In this document: piece by piece, positions 24,994 through 37,900 of the stretch | Numbering within the stretch: the stretch's first letter is position 1 | Layout of the letters: each line of letters starts with the position of its first letter | NCBI GenBank assembly: GCA_907165135.1 | Contig: OU015566.1 | Coordinates: 12,028,001-12,092,000 of the forward strand | Origin: Oikopleura dioica | Taxonomy: Eukaryota; Animalia; Chordata | DNA length: 64,000 nt | Reading direction: 5' to 3' | Translations under genes and position numbers: made by a program | The notes under the pieces: generated by a model | Told to the model about the DNA's origin: nothing | What the model saw: the letters and a program-made list of their open reading frames with translations, nothing else | Database searches by the model: none

Positions 24994-26742
24994 ATGGTTC
25001 TGGATATTTCTTCATTCCGAGCAGAGGAAGGCGGCAGCCCTGATGCTATGCGCAAGCTCCAGCAAGACCGATTCAAGGTTGGCCTTTTCAATTCTCAGCA
25101 CTATATTACCGATTTTTAGAACGTCGAAGTTGTCCAGAAGATCGTCGACATTGACAATCAATGGAGAAAAGAGCAGTTCGTTCTCGAGCGCACCAAGTTC
25201 GTCAAGAATCTGTGCTCAAAGACAATTGGCAAGAAAATGAAAGCCAAGGAACCGAAAGGCGATACTGCTGATCTCGAAGAAGGTGCGTAAATTTCTACTG
25301 CCACTTTGTTCGATGAAATTATAGGACTTTCCGCTCTTAGCCTTATGGATAAGGAAAACAAAGCCGCTGAAGAGGTCATCAACGGACTCACCGTCACACA
25401 GATCAAAGGCCTTGTTGAGCAAATTGGAAAGCTCATCCCCGAGACTCAGGCAAAGTCCGAAGCTCTCCTAAAAGAGCGAAACAGCGCACTTGGTGCTGTT
25501 GGTAATCTTCTTGGCCCCGATGTCCCAATCTCTAATGATGAAGATGCGGACAATGCTATTGTCCGTCTTGTTGGAGAGGTCGAGGCGAGAAAGAAATACT
25601 CTCACGTCGATCTGGTCCAGATGATCGACGGTGTTGATCTTGAGCGAGGCTCTACCATTGCCGGTAGCCGTGGATATTTCTTGAAAGGCCCCTTGGTCTT
25701 CCTCGAGCAGGCTATCATCCAGCTCGCGCAAAAACATCTTCTTGAAGGCAACTATGAAATGCTCGCCACCCCGTTTTTCATGCGAAAAGGTACTGTCATC
25801 GTTGATTTCAGAAAATGACATTTCTCATAGAAATGATGCAGAAGGTCGCTCAGCTCAGCCAGTTCGACGATGAGCTTTATAAAGTTGTTGGAAAGGGTTC
25901 TGAAAATCCTGAAGACAACTCAGTTTCCGAGCAATATTTAATTGCTACTTCGGAACAGCCTATTGCTGCTTTTCATTACGATGAAGGTATTAAGCCCGAA
26001 CGCCTCCCAATCAAGGTAATATTCTATTGCTTAAGCCTTTTTCATTGTCAAATTTAGTACGCTGGACTTTCTTACTGCTTCCGACAAGAAGTTGGCTCTC
26101 ATGGTCGAGATACTACCGGAATTTTCCGCGTGAAGCAGTTCCAAAAAGTCGAGCAGTTCACTTTCTGCTCTCCTCATGATAACACATCTTGGGATGAATT
26201 AGAAAAAATGATTACAATGGCTGAAAACCTCTATAAAGAAATCGGCATCGGTTACAGAATCGGTGAGTGAAAATTTTCCAATCAAAAGTGACCTTTATTC
26301 GATAGTGAATATTTGCTCTGGAGCATTGAACCTTGCCGCAGCGAAAAAATATGACTTGGAAGCGTGGTTCCCTGGCTCGGGCGCTTTCAGAGAGTTGGTC
26401 TCCTGCTCGAATTGTCTTGACTACCAAGCGAGAAATTTGAACATTAGATATGGAGAAACTAAGCAAGTGAACAAGAAGCAGGATTATGTCCATATGTTGA
26501 ATGGTATGTTTTTGTTCTTTGATCAAGAGAAAGATCTTTATCTAGCTACCATGTGCGCGACTACTCGTGTGATGTGTGTGATTCTGGAAACCTTCCAGGA
26601 ACAAGATGGTGTTAGAGTGCCAGAAGCTCTCCGGCCTTACATGCCCGCCAAATGGAAGGAATTCCTCCCATTCGTCAAGGAGGCCCCTATCGAGGTCGAG
26701 GCGAGAAAAGCTGCCGAGAAGAAGAGCAAGGGAAAGAAGTAA
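24994..26742 (+). CDS. SARS1: Seryl-tRNA synthetase, cytosolic
   Basis: [86 protein letters not shown]. Confidence 0.97.
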
Positions 26743-26857
26743 ATAAATATTCGTTCAAGTGAAATTGTGTTGTCCCGTTACTAAAAAGAGCATTTATATT
26801 TTCTGTCATGAAACTAATAAATATGGGTGGATGGGATAATCTAACAAGAGTCCTAAC

Positions 26858-27209
26858 ATGATGTGTGAGTTTTGTGTTGTGTACTAATCGGCATCAAGAA
26901 AGAATTTCTTCTTTACTGAAATCTAGCAAAAGCAGCCAAGGAAAAGGAGAGCAATCTTCAGTGGAGGAAAAACTTATCCTGTCAAAATTTGGCAAATTTG
27001 AAAATGAAGAGAATTTGAAAAAGCTCGATGACTATCTGCAAGACAAGTCATACATGGATGCATCCCAGGCATGCACAAAATTGGACGCAGAAGCATATAA
27101 AATGACGATGAATCTGAACATGGAAGGATTTTCGAATGTCATTCGATGGAGGAAGCACATTGCCTCGTTTGAGAATGAATTTGCCATTTTGAAAACTGGA
27201 TCATTTTAG
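26858..27209 (+). CDS. Stand-alone eEF1B-alpha N-terminal (GST-C-like) domain; 5' end uncertain
   Basis: FGKFENEENLKKLDDYLQDKSY...LDAEAY...NVIRWRKHIASFENE resembles the EF-1beta N-terminus (FGDLKS...LNDYLADKSY...ALRWYNHIKSY); no GEF domain before the stop. Confidence 0.65.
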
Positions 27210-27287
27210 ACCCTTTTCTGCAATATCGATGTCTGAACATAATCTCAAGTCTATCATTTCAGATCAATATCGTAGTACTCGATTATT

Positions 27288-28194
27288 ATGATAGACAATC
27301 TGACATCGGACTTGCTTTTCTGTGTTTCGATCCCTCTCGTACTCGTCTTTTTCGTCAATATCGTCACTCCCAGCGACCGATCTAAGGATGAGCCGGATAT
27401 CATCTTCAAACGCGTCAGCGTCAGTCTCATAATAACAGCTATCTACTTGTACTGGAACAAATCTTCGGGCTTCCCGAGTGGATTCGAGTATGGACTTGAG
27501 CAACATTTTGAAGTTTCGTGGAAAACGATGACGCTCATGATATTGTTGTACATCGGGCCGATTTACAATTGCCTCACGTACACCGGTCTGCCTGAGACAC
27601 AAAGTACTGCGCTGGAGATCAAGTATGCCCCCGAAATCTCTTTGTTATCAATATAGAAATAAGAACGCTCATCTGCGCTCCGATAATTGAAGAAATACTC
27701 TTCCGCTCGATCATCATCACTCGAATGTCGATACATTACAGTCAATCCTCCACCACCTTGTTTGCTTTGACCCTGTTTAGCTTACGTAAGTCTTTACTTT
27801 CATTACGTTGTGTTAAAAGTAAATGAACATTTTATGGCTAGAATGCATCTCTATTTTCTTCCATTTTAGCTCATTTGCACCACTTACTTCACGAAATCCC
27901 AGCGTATGGTTTCGCGAGCGCATTGAGTACTGCCCTTTTCAGGTAACTTTTCAACAAAGAGAGTTTTATCGATAACAAATACTACGTAGAACTGTTTATA
28001 CAGGCATCTTCGGGGGACTTTCGTGCTTCCTGTTTTTCAAATACGGAAGTCTCCTCTCGCCCATCTTAGCTCATGCCTGGTGCAACTACTTTGGCTCCGG
28101 ATTTGTTCCCACTGGTCGTTCAAAAACCGAGATTTTTATGTTTTGCCTTGGACTTCTTTCCTTCTCAGTTGCTATATATATCAATGTATTTTGA
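27288..28194 (+). CDS. RCE1: CAAX prenyl protease 2 (Rce1, CPBP family)
   Basis: APIIEEILFRS (EExxxR), FSLAHLHH, AHAWCNYFG (HxxCN); multiple hydrophobic segments. Confidence 0.85.
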
Positions 28195-28796
28195 TGTTTT
28201 TTTGCACTTCTATTCAAAATAATAGCCAGAGGCCTGTTATGCTTTTCTCTCATGACTTCCTGCCGAAGCTCCATCTGCCAAAACATGTGTTCATCTACTA
28301 AACACACGAGAGATTAAGAAGGAATTTTAGAGATCGACGCGTTGTTGGATCAGAGCTAACTCACTGACAGAGTTTCAGGTACATTCTAGAATGTATTCTG
28401 GTAAAGACGATGCGGTTAAACAAGTGTGCTTTTACACTAGTTTGGTGTTTTAGTCTTTTTATAATGGTTAAATAGGTAAAAATATTCATTTATTCTCCAA
28501 GTATTTTAAGTCGTCTGATTAATTAGCATTCTGCTGATTAAGTCTCTTTTAAACTTTAAATTGTAACTAATTGGATTATAGAAAATCACGAGATGAGCTT
28601 GATTTTCGCTCTGAATCTGGCTTTGCATGCTTTCAAATACTCCAGTCATTCGAAAAGTGACTCAGATAATGTTTTTCTCTGATAGACATGTGGATTCGTC
28701 CTAATCTATCTGCTTAGTAGTGGCTCCGCTGCATCGCCTCGACCTTCGCCCAATATTTCGTAAACGACAAAAACCAACATCTGTTTGACACCCACA

Positions 28797-30690
28797 ATGC
28801 TGATCTCAGAGAAATCGAGCGAGAGAGACGCACTAGAATCGTCCTCTGCTAATCAGTTGAAAAACGATGCTCCAAAGAAGTGGTTCCTCACGTTATCGCT
28901 GTTTTCCAAATTGGGTGATCGAATGTGGACATTTGCCGCATATTTGCTATTAGCAAAGGCTTTTCCCGATTTGCGAATGGTTCTTGGTGGCCTTTTTGGT
29001 CTCTCAATTGCGATAAGTACCGCCATTTGTTCCTCTTGGATTGGAGGTTGGATTGATAGATCAAAAAGGCTGACAGCAGCGACTACTTGTTTGATAGTTC
29101 AGAATTTCTCAGTTGGTAAGACTTCAATTTCTCGGCTTTTCGATTTTTTATGCTTTTACTCAGCTGTGGCAGCAACAGTAGAAACATTGTGCATCCTCTG
29201 GCCGTTTGATTTCGAGAAATCTTCAACGTTAGAATACGTTTCAATCGCAACAGTCACGCTTTTCTCATGCATCGCGATGGTTGCATCGATCGGACACCAA
29301 ATCTGTATTGACAGAGATTGGGTTCCGGAAATCTTCAGAGGAGATGGTAAACAAACGCTTCTTTTGAGTTACTCTTTTTACGACTGTCATAATTCTAGCT
29401 CTTACATCGGTCAATGCTTGGGTGCGAAGAATCGACCAGTTTGCGATGCTGGCAGGTCCGGTTATTGCTTCACTGGCGATTGATCATATCAGCCCTTGGG
29501 TCGGAGGCATTGCGATTGCCGTGTGGAATATTTTATCCGTTTTCGTTGAATATTATTTTATGAAGAAGATTTATAATTTCTTCCCCTCGCTTTCGGAGAA
29601 GGAGACTCCGAAAGAACAAGATGAAAGGTAAAGCAAGCAAATACTTCGACGCTAACTAATCTTATAGTGGGATGGCTGATTGGATCACAGCTTACTCTCA
29701 CTGGTACACCTCCCCCGTATTCTTACCTGGCCTTGCTCTGGCGATTTTGTATTCCAACATCTTCCAACTATCTTACCTTGCTCAAGCTTACAGTACTAGC
29801 CACTGCGTGAGTACGACTTTTATTGCCATCATTTGGATTATTGCCGGTTTTTGTGGTTTTTCATGTACGCATTTTATATTTCTCTATATGAAACTCATAT
29901 TAATCCGCCTTTATTGTGTCCCTTAACATTTACTTGAAGCAACTATTTGGTACGAATCATGGGTTAAAAGCTATGGACTGACAAAAGTGGCTATCCTTGG
30001 CGCTATTCTTCATTTTTCATTCGTGATTATTACCGTTGTTGGGCTTTTCGTACCTGGAAGTATGTACATGTTCTACCTCGGCGTTTCGTCTGCTGACCAA
30101 TGTCCTCAACAAGTAAATATCTTTCAAGCTGTGCCAAATGGTCATTGAAATCTAGCTCAACGAAACAGCCCTCGCTGAGTACGAATTCAAGCCAACAACT
30201 GATGATAACTGGATCACCGACTTTACAACTCCTTGCACGCCTCCTGATAATCTGTTGAGCATTCTGTTGATGCTCTTTGCCTGCGCCTTGTCAAGAGTCG
30301 GTCTGTGGACGTTTGATCTCGCAGTTAATCAAATGTTTCAAGAATGGGTTGATGTGGATAAGGTATCTCTCAAAGCTCTTTGTTAATTCATAACGAATAT
30401 TTAGCGAGGCAAAGTGTCTGGAGCGCAAAATGGAATCCAGTACGTTTTCGATTGTGTTCATTATGGCTTGATTTTCGTTTGGTCGAGTCAATGCGAGTAT
30501 GGACACGGGGTTATTGTTACTGCAATCCTTATGCTGATAGGTAAGAAATTCCTAGTCGAATACGTACTAATGTGGTAAAAAAGGATACGGACGATTCGTA
30601 CAACACGGCCTGACAACAAATAACGAACACGAAGCTCTTCCAACTGACGAAAAGCCTACAAGCAGAGAAGACGTCGTACTAGAGTGCTAG
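28797..30690 (+). CDS. SLC40A1: Ferroportin iron exporter
   Basis: LGDRMWTFA, IGGWIDR, IDRDWV, VRRIDQ...LAGP, LALAILY, RVGLWTFDLAVNQMFQE. Confidence 0.92.
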
Positions 30691-30932
30691 AATACATAGA
30701 GTACCGATTAGCCTGTCTGAGTCTGTTCAACTGCTGAAACCGAGGAGCTTATTTCAAAGATAATATACAATTCGATTTTACTTGTGTGCTTTTCTTTTCA
30801 TTTCTTTTGCTACTTATAATTAGCAATTTTGCGCCAATAAAACAAAAATGTAGTACCACAGAAATCAATTGCTCCTAGTCAAGGGCGAGGTTCAATTTCG
30901 AATTCATGAATGGCTTTTATTGAAAGTATGAA

Positions 30933-32522
30933 TTATGCAGAAGCAAGAAGTGGTTGCCTGTCATTTTGATTTGTATCGTCGGACTCCTCCGATTCGGAAT
31001 TTGTAGATGTTCTTTGCTTTTTCCTCGCCCATGGCTGGACTTCCGCTTTCCCAAAGACAAGATAGAACAGAGCTCCAAAAGTATAAATTGCGGCGGAAAC
31101 GTACCAGACACGAGACCATGTGAAGATCGTAGACTCTTCTTTCGTAAAGGAGCCTACTAGCATCGGAGCTAGAATTCCAGGAACATTCGCGAACATGTTT
31201 GTAATTCCAAATAGAAGCCTTGAAAGAGATAAAAAATTGGTTATTTTTTTATTCTTACCCGGTAAATGGAGGAGCCAAATCAGAATGGTTGACGTTAACA
31301 GAAGCATAATGACCAGATTTGAACATACAGCAGACACAAATAAGAATAACAACAGATATCCCATCGCAGCCAAAGAACGGGATGAAGGTGAATAATATGG
31401 CGGGAATGAAGGTGGACAATGTATTGAAGAGTTTTCGAACTGTGAGTTTTCGGACGATCTCTTTTTTCAAAAGATAGTCCCCAATCTGAGTTGAGACATT
31501 CATAAACACCCAAATTGTTAGATAAGGTAAAGCAGAGTAGTATGCGTTGTGCTTCAGGTCGAAACCGAGTACTTCTTTCATGTATTTTGGTAGACAAGTG
31601 AAAAGGACGTAGAAACCCCAGTTGAACGACGCGTGCGCTACAGCAAGGGCAAGAAGAGGTTGACAAGTGAAGACTTTCTTCCAAGGAATAGGCCTTTTTT
31701 CTTGACGGTTAGCTGGTCTGCTCTTCACAAGCAATCGTTTTTCTTCCGGTGAGATCCATGGACAATCATTAGGATCATTCCTCGCATAAATAAAGAACGC
31801 AATGCACCAAAGACAACCAACAGCACCAAACCAATAGAAAACTGAAGGCCAGCCCCAGTTATCAGCAATAAGCCCCGTCAAGGGAATTCCTAAGACGTTT
31901 CCAATCTGACTCCCAGCTAATGAAAGACCCATTAATCTTGCCCGCTCTTCTGGAAGTGACCATCGCGTCCAGAAGCTCGCTGCAGCGGGAAACGTGACTC
32001 CTTCGCCAAGTCCTTCTATCAAACGAAGGGCAAATAGCCACCATGGACCTTTCAACACATTGTCAACCTTTCGATAACAGACTTTTGTTACCTTGGCGAG
32101 CAGCAACTTCTGTGAACAGCGAAAAGAAACTGGTGCAAAAAAGTCCGCCAGCTAGCAAATTCACGGCGCCATATTTATCAGCCAGAATGCCTCCAAGAAT
32201 TTGTGTAGATACATAGCCATAGAAAAACGCACCGAGCACTTTCCCTTGAGTCTCAGCGTCCCAGTCGAAATCGCCTTGGTTAGATGAATTCGACGGTGGT
32301 GGCATTGGACAACGAGTGTCGTTCTGAAAGTTTCAATAAAGGACTATTTATGGAACATGTTCTTACATTCAATGGCTGAGGAATAGGTTTCGTCATGGCT
32401 ACAATTGCGATTGAAAGGTTCACTCGTAAAGCGTAAACCAACGCAAAGCCAATTCCACAAAGTACGCATAGCCTTCCACGGACGCTAGAAATCAAACTTC
32501 CCCTGTCTTCCTCGCTCGACAT
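30933..32522 (-). CDS. SLC17 family (sialin-like) MFS anion transporter
   Basis: YALRVNLSIAIVAM, FDWDAETQGKVLGAFFYGY, RLIEGLGEGVTFPA, GWPSVFY, LPKYMKEVLGFD, DLAP, GITNMFANVPGILAP. Confidence 0.9.
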
Positions 32523-34971
32523 TTTTCTTTGTTTTCTTCTACGTCATTTTCTTATCATTCTCCCTCAGTACTCTTGTTCATTATCTAACAAAGATGTGAG
32601 AAAATGCGCTGGTAAAATAAAGAGAGGCCAATCAATTTTTCTTCGGTGAGTTTCATTGGCCCAGGGCGGTGGGAACCGAGACGCTCTGTCAGACTGCAAT
32701 AGAATGCATAAGCTGCAAATGGAACATTTGTTTAGCGTTACGACTTTAGGAAGCAAATTACTTATTGTGATCTATGTTAGCATAAATCAACAATGTGTCC
32801 TCGAATTGGAAAAATAAGCTTTAAAAGCTTATTGAAATTTGTTAAAAAATTATATTTTGATGATAGACATTATCCGAGATAATTTATCTCCTATCTAAAA
32901 CTCATATAATTTACAAGAAAATAGAATTTATTGGTTTCATCTAAAGAAATTGGCAATTACTACTCGCGCAGAAGGTGTAAGATGTTTGGTTTCATTTTAT
33001 AGAAATAAAGAGTTCGAATCCCATGGCAGATTGTCCGTGAAAAAGCTCTGGGCTTGTCAGGATATTCTATCGTAACATTTAATCTCAATAGTTTCCATCG
33101 AGTGGTTTCTTCTTAAAAGCTGATTATCGGCCAAAAGAGGGCACAAGAGATGTCTTAGCGGGATACCACTACATTTAGTATTTCAGATTATCATCAATTC
33201 GATCATTCGATAAAATCAAACACTAGTTTCAGCCTGAAACTTTCAGGGCCTCAAATTCAAGGATAAATTTGCAGAAATCACCCGATTGACTTTTGGAGAT
33301 TCAACATAACAGATTTTGAATTCCAATCAATAACCGTATCCTCGGTTAATTTCCATAAAAACTTCTCAGCTAACACCCGTTTGTTCAAAAGTCAGCTTAG
33401 TGCCATCCTTTCCTTGATCTCTTTCAGCCAGCTCTCCCCAAAAATCCTAGAATTGGATTTCAACGACAAATCCTTCACTTTCAAACAGCTTTCAATCTCA
33501 AAATATGCAAATGCCAATCGCTCTGGAACCCTCTGATAATTAAATTTCCTCGTCTGAGTACTGAATTAATGCTCTTATTGACGACCAACTTCCCCATTGG
33601 AACCTCTCCTTTGTATGCACGCAGCTCCCCGGACTGCTCCTAATCGCGGTCGCAAGGTGATTACCATAGAATCTTTTTGCATTCCATCAGCAACAACAAC
33701 TTGCATGACTTTTAACTGGTTATTGCTGACGATGGCGAAAAGATTAAGAGTCAGTTGAAACCGCCGCAAAGTGGAATAATAACCACGTAACGGCATTCGA
33801 GGAAGGAAACTTGGCAACAACGTAATCATTCGCCAAGAATCACTCAGCGGGGTTTAGCCTTGGCATTAGGTTAGAAGTTTACATGTAAATATATGCAACT
33901 GATCCTCGCGCAAGTACTTGGAGGGATCAACAGGTGTTCCGGGAGGGCTAAAGTGTATTGCAACGAGTAAACTTGACGAGTTCTGATTTAGACGCTCTCT
34001 ACTTTCGAGATCACTCGAGTCATACTCAGCCCTGGTGCTTTTGCCCAAATATTCTTCATGCAAAAATTTCGAGTTTTTGAATTTTCGTTCAATATTTTTC
34101 AGGAAATGTGAAGGCACTTTGTTAATCGATCTCGGCCGTTTGAAGAAAGAAGGCCCGTTAGTTGCGATAATGAAGTTTCTTGTGATGACATTTCGCTCGT
34201 CGTGGCGCAAATTAACAAACGGATTATACGAAGAATAGCAAGATAGGCTCACAATGTAAATTTTTGTATAATAACATTTTGGTAAGCTTATGACTCCCTG
34301 AGTTGGCTCCGCAAACACTTAGACTGCAGAATTAAGTAGTCTGCAAGGCAGTGCAAGCTGGCTGAGGGTGATGCTCTTGAATGTTGAATAAATTGAATAA
34401 CAGCCCGTTATTAACCAACAAATTGCTTTCTCGCATCTGCGAAGCATTTATTTTCATCAAAACAAAGCATAAAACAGTCTGCATGTTCATAATTATCAGA
34501 AATTAATCTTTTCAATGAGTCATTGAAATTGCTACTTCGACAAGAGGTAGAACCAAAAAGCGTGAATTTCAAGCCTTCCAAAAGATATCTTGAGATATGA
34601 TAATAACGCGCTCTTGAAATGTTCTCATCCTCAAAGTAAATTATTTCCAAGCAAAAAAAGTCTCGCAATACACACTTTTGCATTTGCATCTGGCGATTGC
34701 CCAAGTACGTGGTCGCTATTGATACCTCGCTCCAGCTCAACTACCACCGCCACGGTCCTCCGTCGACTCGCTACACTAAGATCTGCGATGGCGCCGCAGA
34801 GCTCCGTGCACCAAGCGCGAGCGTACATGATTGCTCCTAACGGCTTCCAAATCTAACAATATATATTTATTGTAATTGTATTTTTTTATATTTTTCTAAT
34901 CCAAGCCAAGGAAGAAACATTTTTTATGATACTTTGAGAGAGAAATCGCAAAAGAAAGAAGCTTCAGAAAA

Positions 34972-37900
34972 ATGAAGATGATTATATCAAAATTATGCTT
35001 GCTACTTTGTAGTGCGGCACATGCGGCAGATATAGGACCGGATGCATGATTTTTACGAAGCCAGAATTAAGCCAGGAATTGTTGTTTTTGTATGAAATTG
35101 AGGGAGAAAACCGTGCGATTACTAATTAATCGTCAACGTGCCTCTTTGGTGTATAAATAAGACTTGCTACCTTTGAATTGTTTCTTTAGAAAAGCCACTT
35201 GAAACTTCGGTTTAGAAGCGATTTTTAACCGGCTAATGTTCAGCGAGTGACGTAATCTCGGCTGACTTGAAATCTTTAAAATCTTTGAAATCCTTAAATC
35301 CGAAGAAAACCTTCACTTCTTTTTCTTCGTTGAATTCTTATTTGAAGCGGCTTATCGAATCATTATGATTTATAGGAAGTCGTGTTTTGTAATTTTCAAT
35401 AATTCGCATCCCGAAATTGAGTGTTTGGTGCTAACACAGATATCGAGTCGTTTTATGGTACAAAAGTCAACGTGGACTGTTCCGTCGAGACTGGAATGAC
35501 GGTAAGAAAAATATACTTTTTGATGGTTCTTAAAATAGGCCTTGAAAGATGAAAACCCATTTAAAGTTATTTTCTGAAAAATAAACATTTTCCATCTTTG
35601 TTAGAAAATTTCTCAACAGGGCCATTTTCAGAGGTCAAAATAAATAGTTTTGTCAAATGCCATTTCCAAAACGGATTAAGACGGTCACGGCAGGACCTGA
35701 AACTTACGTGGCTCCAGTGTTTCAAGACTGAGCCTTGTTTTCGCAGTTGTGAAAATGAAAAAGTGTGTAGATAATGAAATTATGCTCAAATAATCAATTC
35801 AGATAACGTTAGAAGCGCCGCTCGCAGCGAGAAGCATGCGATTTGCTCTCACCGATCCAGCCTGTGTTTTAGAAAAGAACGGAAACTATCACACCATCAG
35901 CGTAAGTACCAAAACGCGAGCTTAGTGTGACACACTAGCCAATTTAGAGAGAGATTAATCCAATTTGGACAGTCGAGGATTAACAATCGCCGGCCCAATA
36001 AACTTTTACAACTTTTCTATCCGCCTATAATTTATAAACTATTAACTAATCTATTTATAAAACGAACAACTTGGCAAAATGTTTCAATAAGGAACAACTT
36101 ATCCAAAACAAAGAAGCAATTGCAATTACTTACTTAGCGAAATTTCTCCTCGTTAAAAATTGAACATCGTTTGCAAAAAACTTGTCTCAAATTATTTTTA
36201 CAACAAAAAATATGCGGCGCTCATAATTAACAAGCCCCAACAGAGACAAATCAGGTTTGTATACAGTAAAGTTGATTGAAAAAAATATCGAGTAGAAAAC
36301 TTCAGTGGCTTTTTCGTAGAAAGAACCTGTTATTTGCCCACTTCAACGTGAAGATAATATTAAAATAAACATCATTAATTGACACTTTTTTTTTGGCTGA
36401 TCTGGTTTTTCGCTGTGATGGGGAAAATAAATATTATTCAGACGCATTTATCCGGCTGCGGCAATGACATCTTCATCGATTCTTCCACGCTGACGATTGT
36501 AAACCAAATAACGAATATAATGGGCTTCGGAACTTCGCCAATCAAGTAAGCATTTTTTCAAACTCAGCACGTTTTCGCCAAAAATTCAAAAGTGTCAAAA
36601 GCAACCTTCTTTCGACAAAATTCTCAGCCTTTCAAGCATCAAGATATTTTCTACCAAAGCTGGGTGTGATGACACTAGAAACGTCACCAACGCCATCTTT
36701 GACAGAAAATATACAAATCACGTCCACATCGACTCCTTCCGGTGTTGGGCAAGAGATAGATGAAAATGACTTCTGCGGGGCAAAATCGGGACCCCAATAT
36801 TTTCTTTGCTCATCTTGTAGCGCAGGTTCTGATGAGTCGAATGGTACAATTTTGATGTGTCTAAGCCACGGAAAATCGCCAATTCAAGTGCCTAAAGTAC
36901 CTGAAAATGTCAGGTAATGTCCCCCTGTATCTCCGAAAATTTTCAGAAATATATGGAGATTTTGGTATCGTTAGAAAGCCCAGCTCAAACTGGTTATGAG
37001 CACCAGATGCGCAATAGAAAATTCCGAAAAAAAATTTTGGGTGAAAAGTTTTTGTCTCAGAAAAAAATTTTTCCCTAGAAATTTTTTCTTGCACACCTTG
37101 TGCTCATAGCCAGTTTGACGTGGGCTTTCCAACGATACCAAAATCTCAATAAATTTCTGAAAATTTTCGGAGATACAGGGGGACATGACCATTTTCCAAA
37201 GGGGGGCCCTTATGACGTCATATGTGATGACTCAGACCCTCAAAACTATACCATTCGACTCCTTAGGAGTTGCTCTTTCTAATGAGCACAGGGAACATGG
37301 GGGTAGAATTTTGCACCGCAAAAGTGATTTTCATGTATCAAGAGACCTCCCTGCTGGAGTAATTTTGCGGCGATTCTACTTGCTCGTTTGCGAGTCAATG
37401 AATTTGCCTCCCTTGCACGTTTTAAGAGAATAAGATTAACGTACAAAAATGATTGTTTTTTGATCATTCCAAGTGGTGTCCTTATTTTTCCTCGAAATTG
37501 GCACTCTTCAACTCAGCAGTAATTCTCAAGGACCAAGCACTTGATGTTAGAAACGTCATGATACTTTTGCTTACTGCAATCGTAAACATTCACCACATAA
37601 TATTATTATTGCAGCAGAAAAACTAACTGCTTATTTCCAGACTTACTTCCCGCGTTGGATGCCTCTTTCATCAACAAGAAATTTCCATCGGCGCAATTCT
37701 CAAAGAGCACATTCCGGTATGTAGCCACCTGCCCGGTTTGGGTCGTTTCTTGTGGCTTGGCGTTCGCAAAGTTAAACACTTTTTATGCTGATGATTTAGC
37801 CCGAAATCGTGCCCGGAGTCGGAGAAGAAATAACCACAACAACTGAATTGTTCACAACATCGACAACAGCTGGATTTTCCTCATCAACAACTGCGTCGTC

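Noticed and set aside
28600-28797. Iron-responsive element upstream of ferroportin
   Set aside because: No CAGUGN-loop hairpin in the upstream sequence.
33012-33022. GTTCGAATCCC, a tRNA T-loop/B-box-like motif
   Set aside because: No matching A-box, acceptor stem or cloverleaf around it.
33840-33980. Possible LINE APE-endonuclease remnant (LLVAIHFSPP, VILGE)
   Set aside because: The motifs are too short, interrupted by stops, and have no RT nearby.
36666-37467. ORFs listed at 36666, 36861, 36971, 37100, 37185 and 37279
   Set aside because: They overlap the palindromic element inside a ZP intron; the flanking ZP exons join in phase without them.
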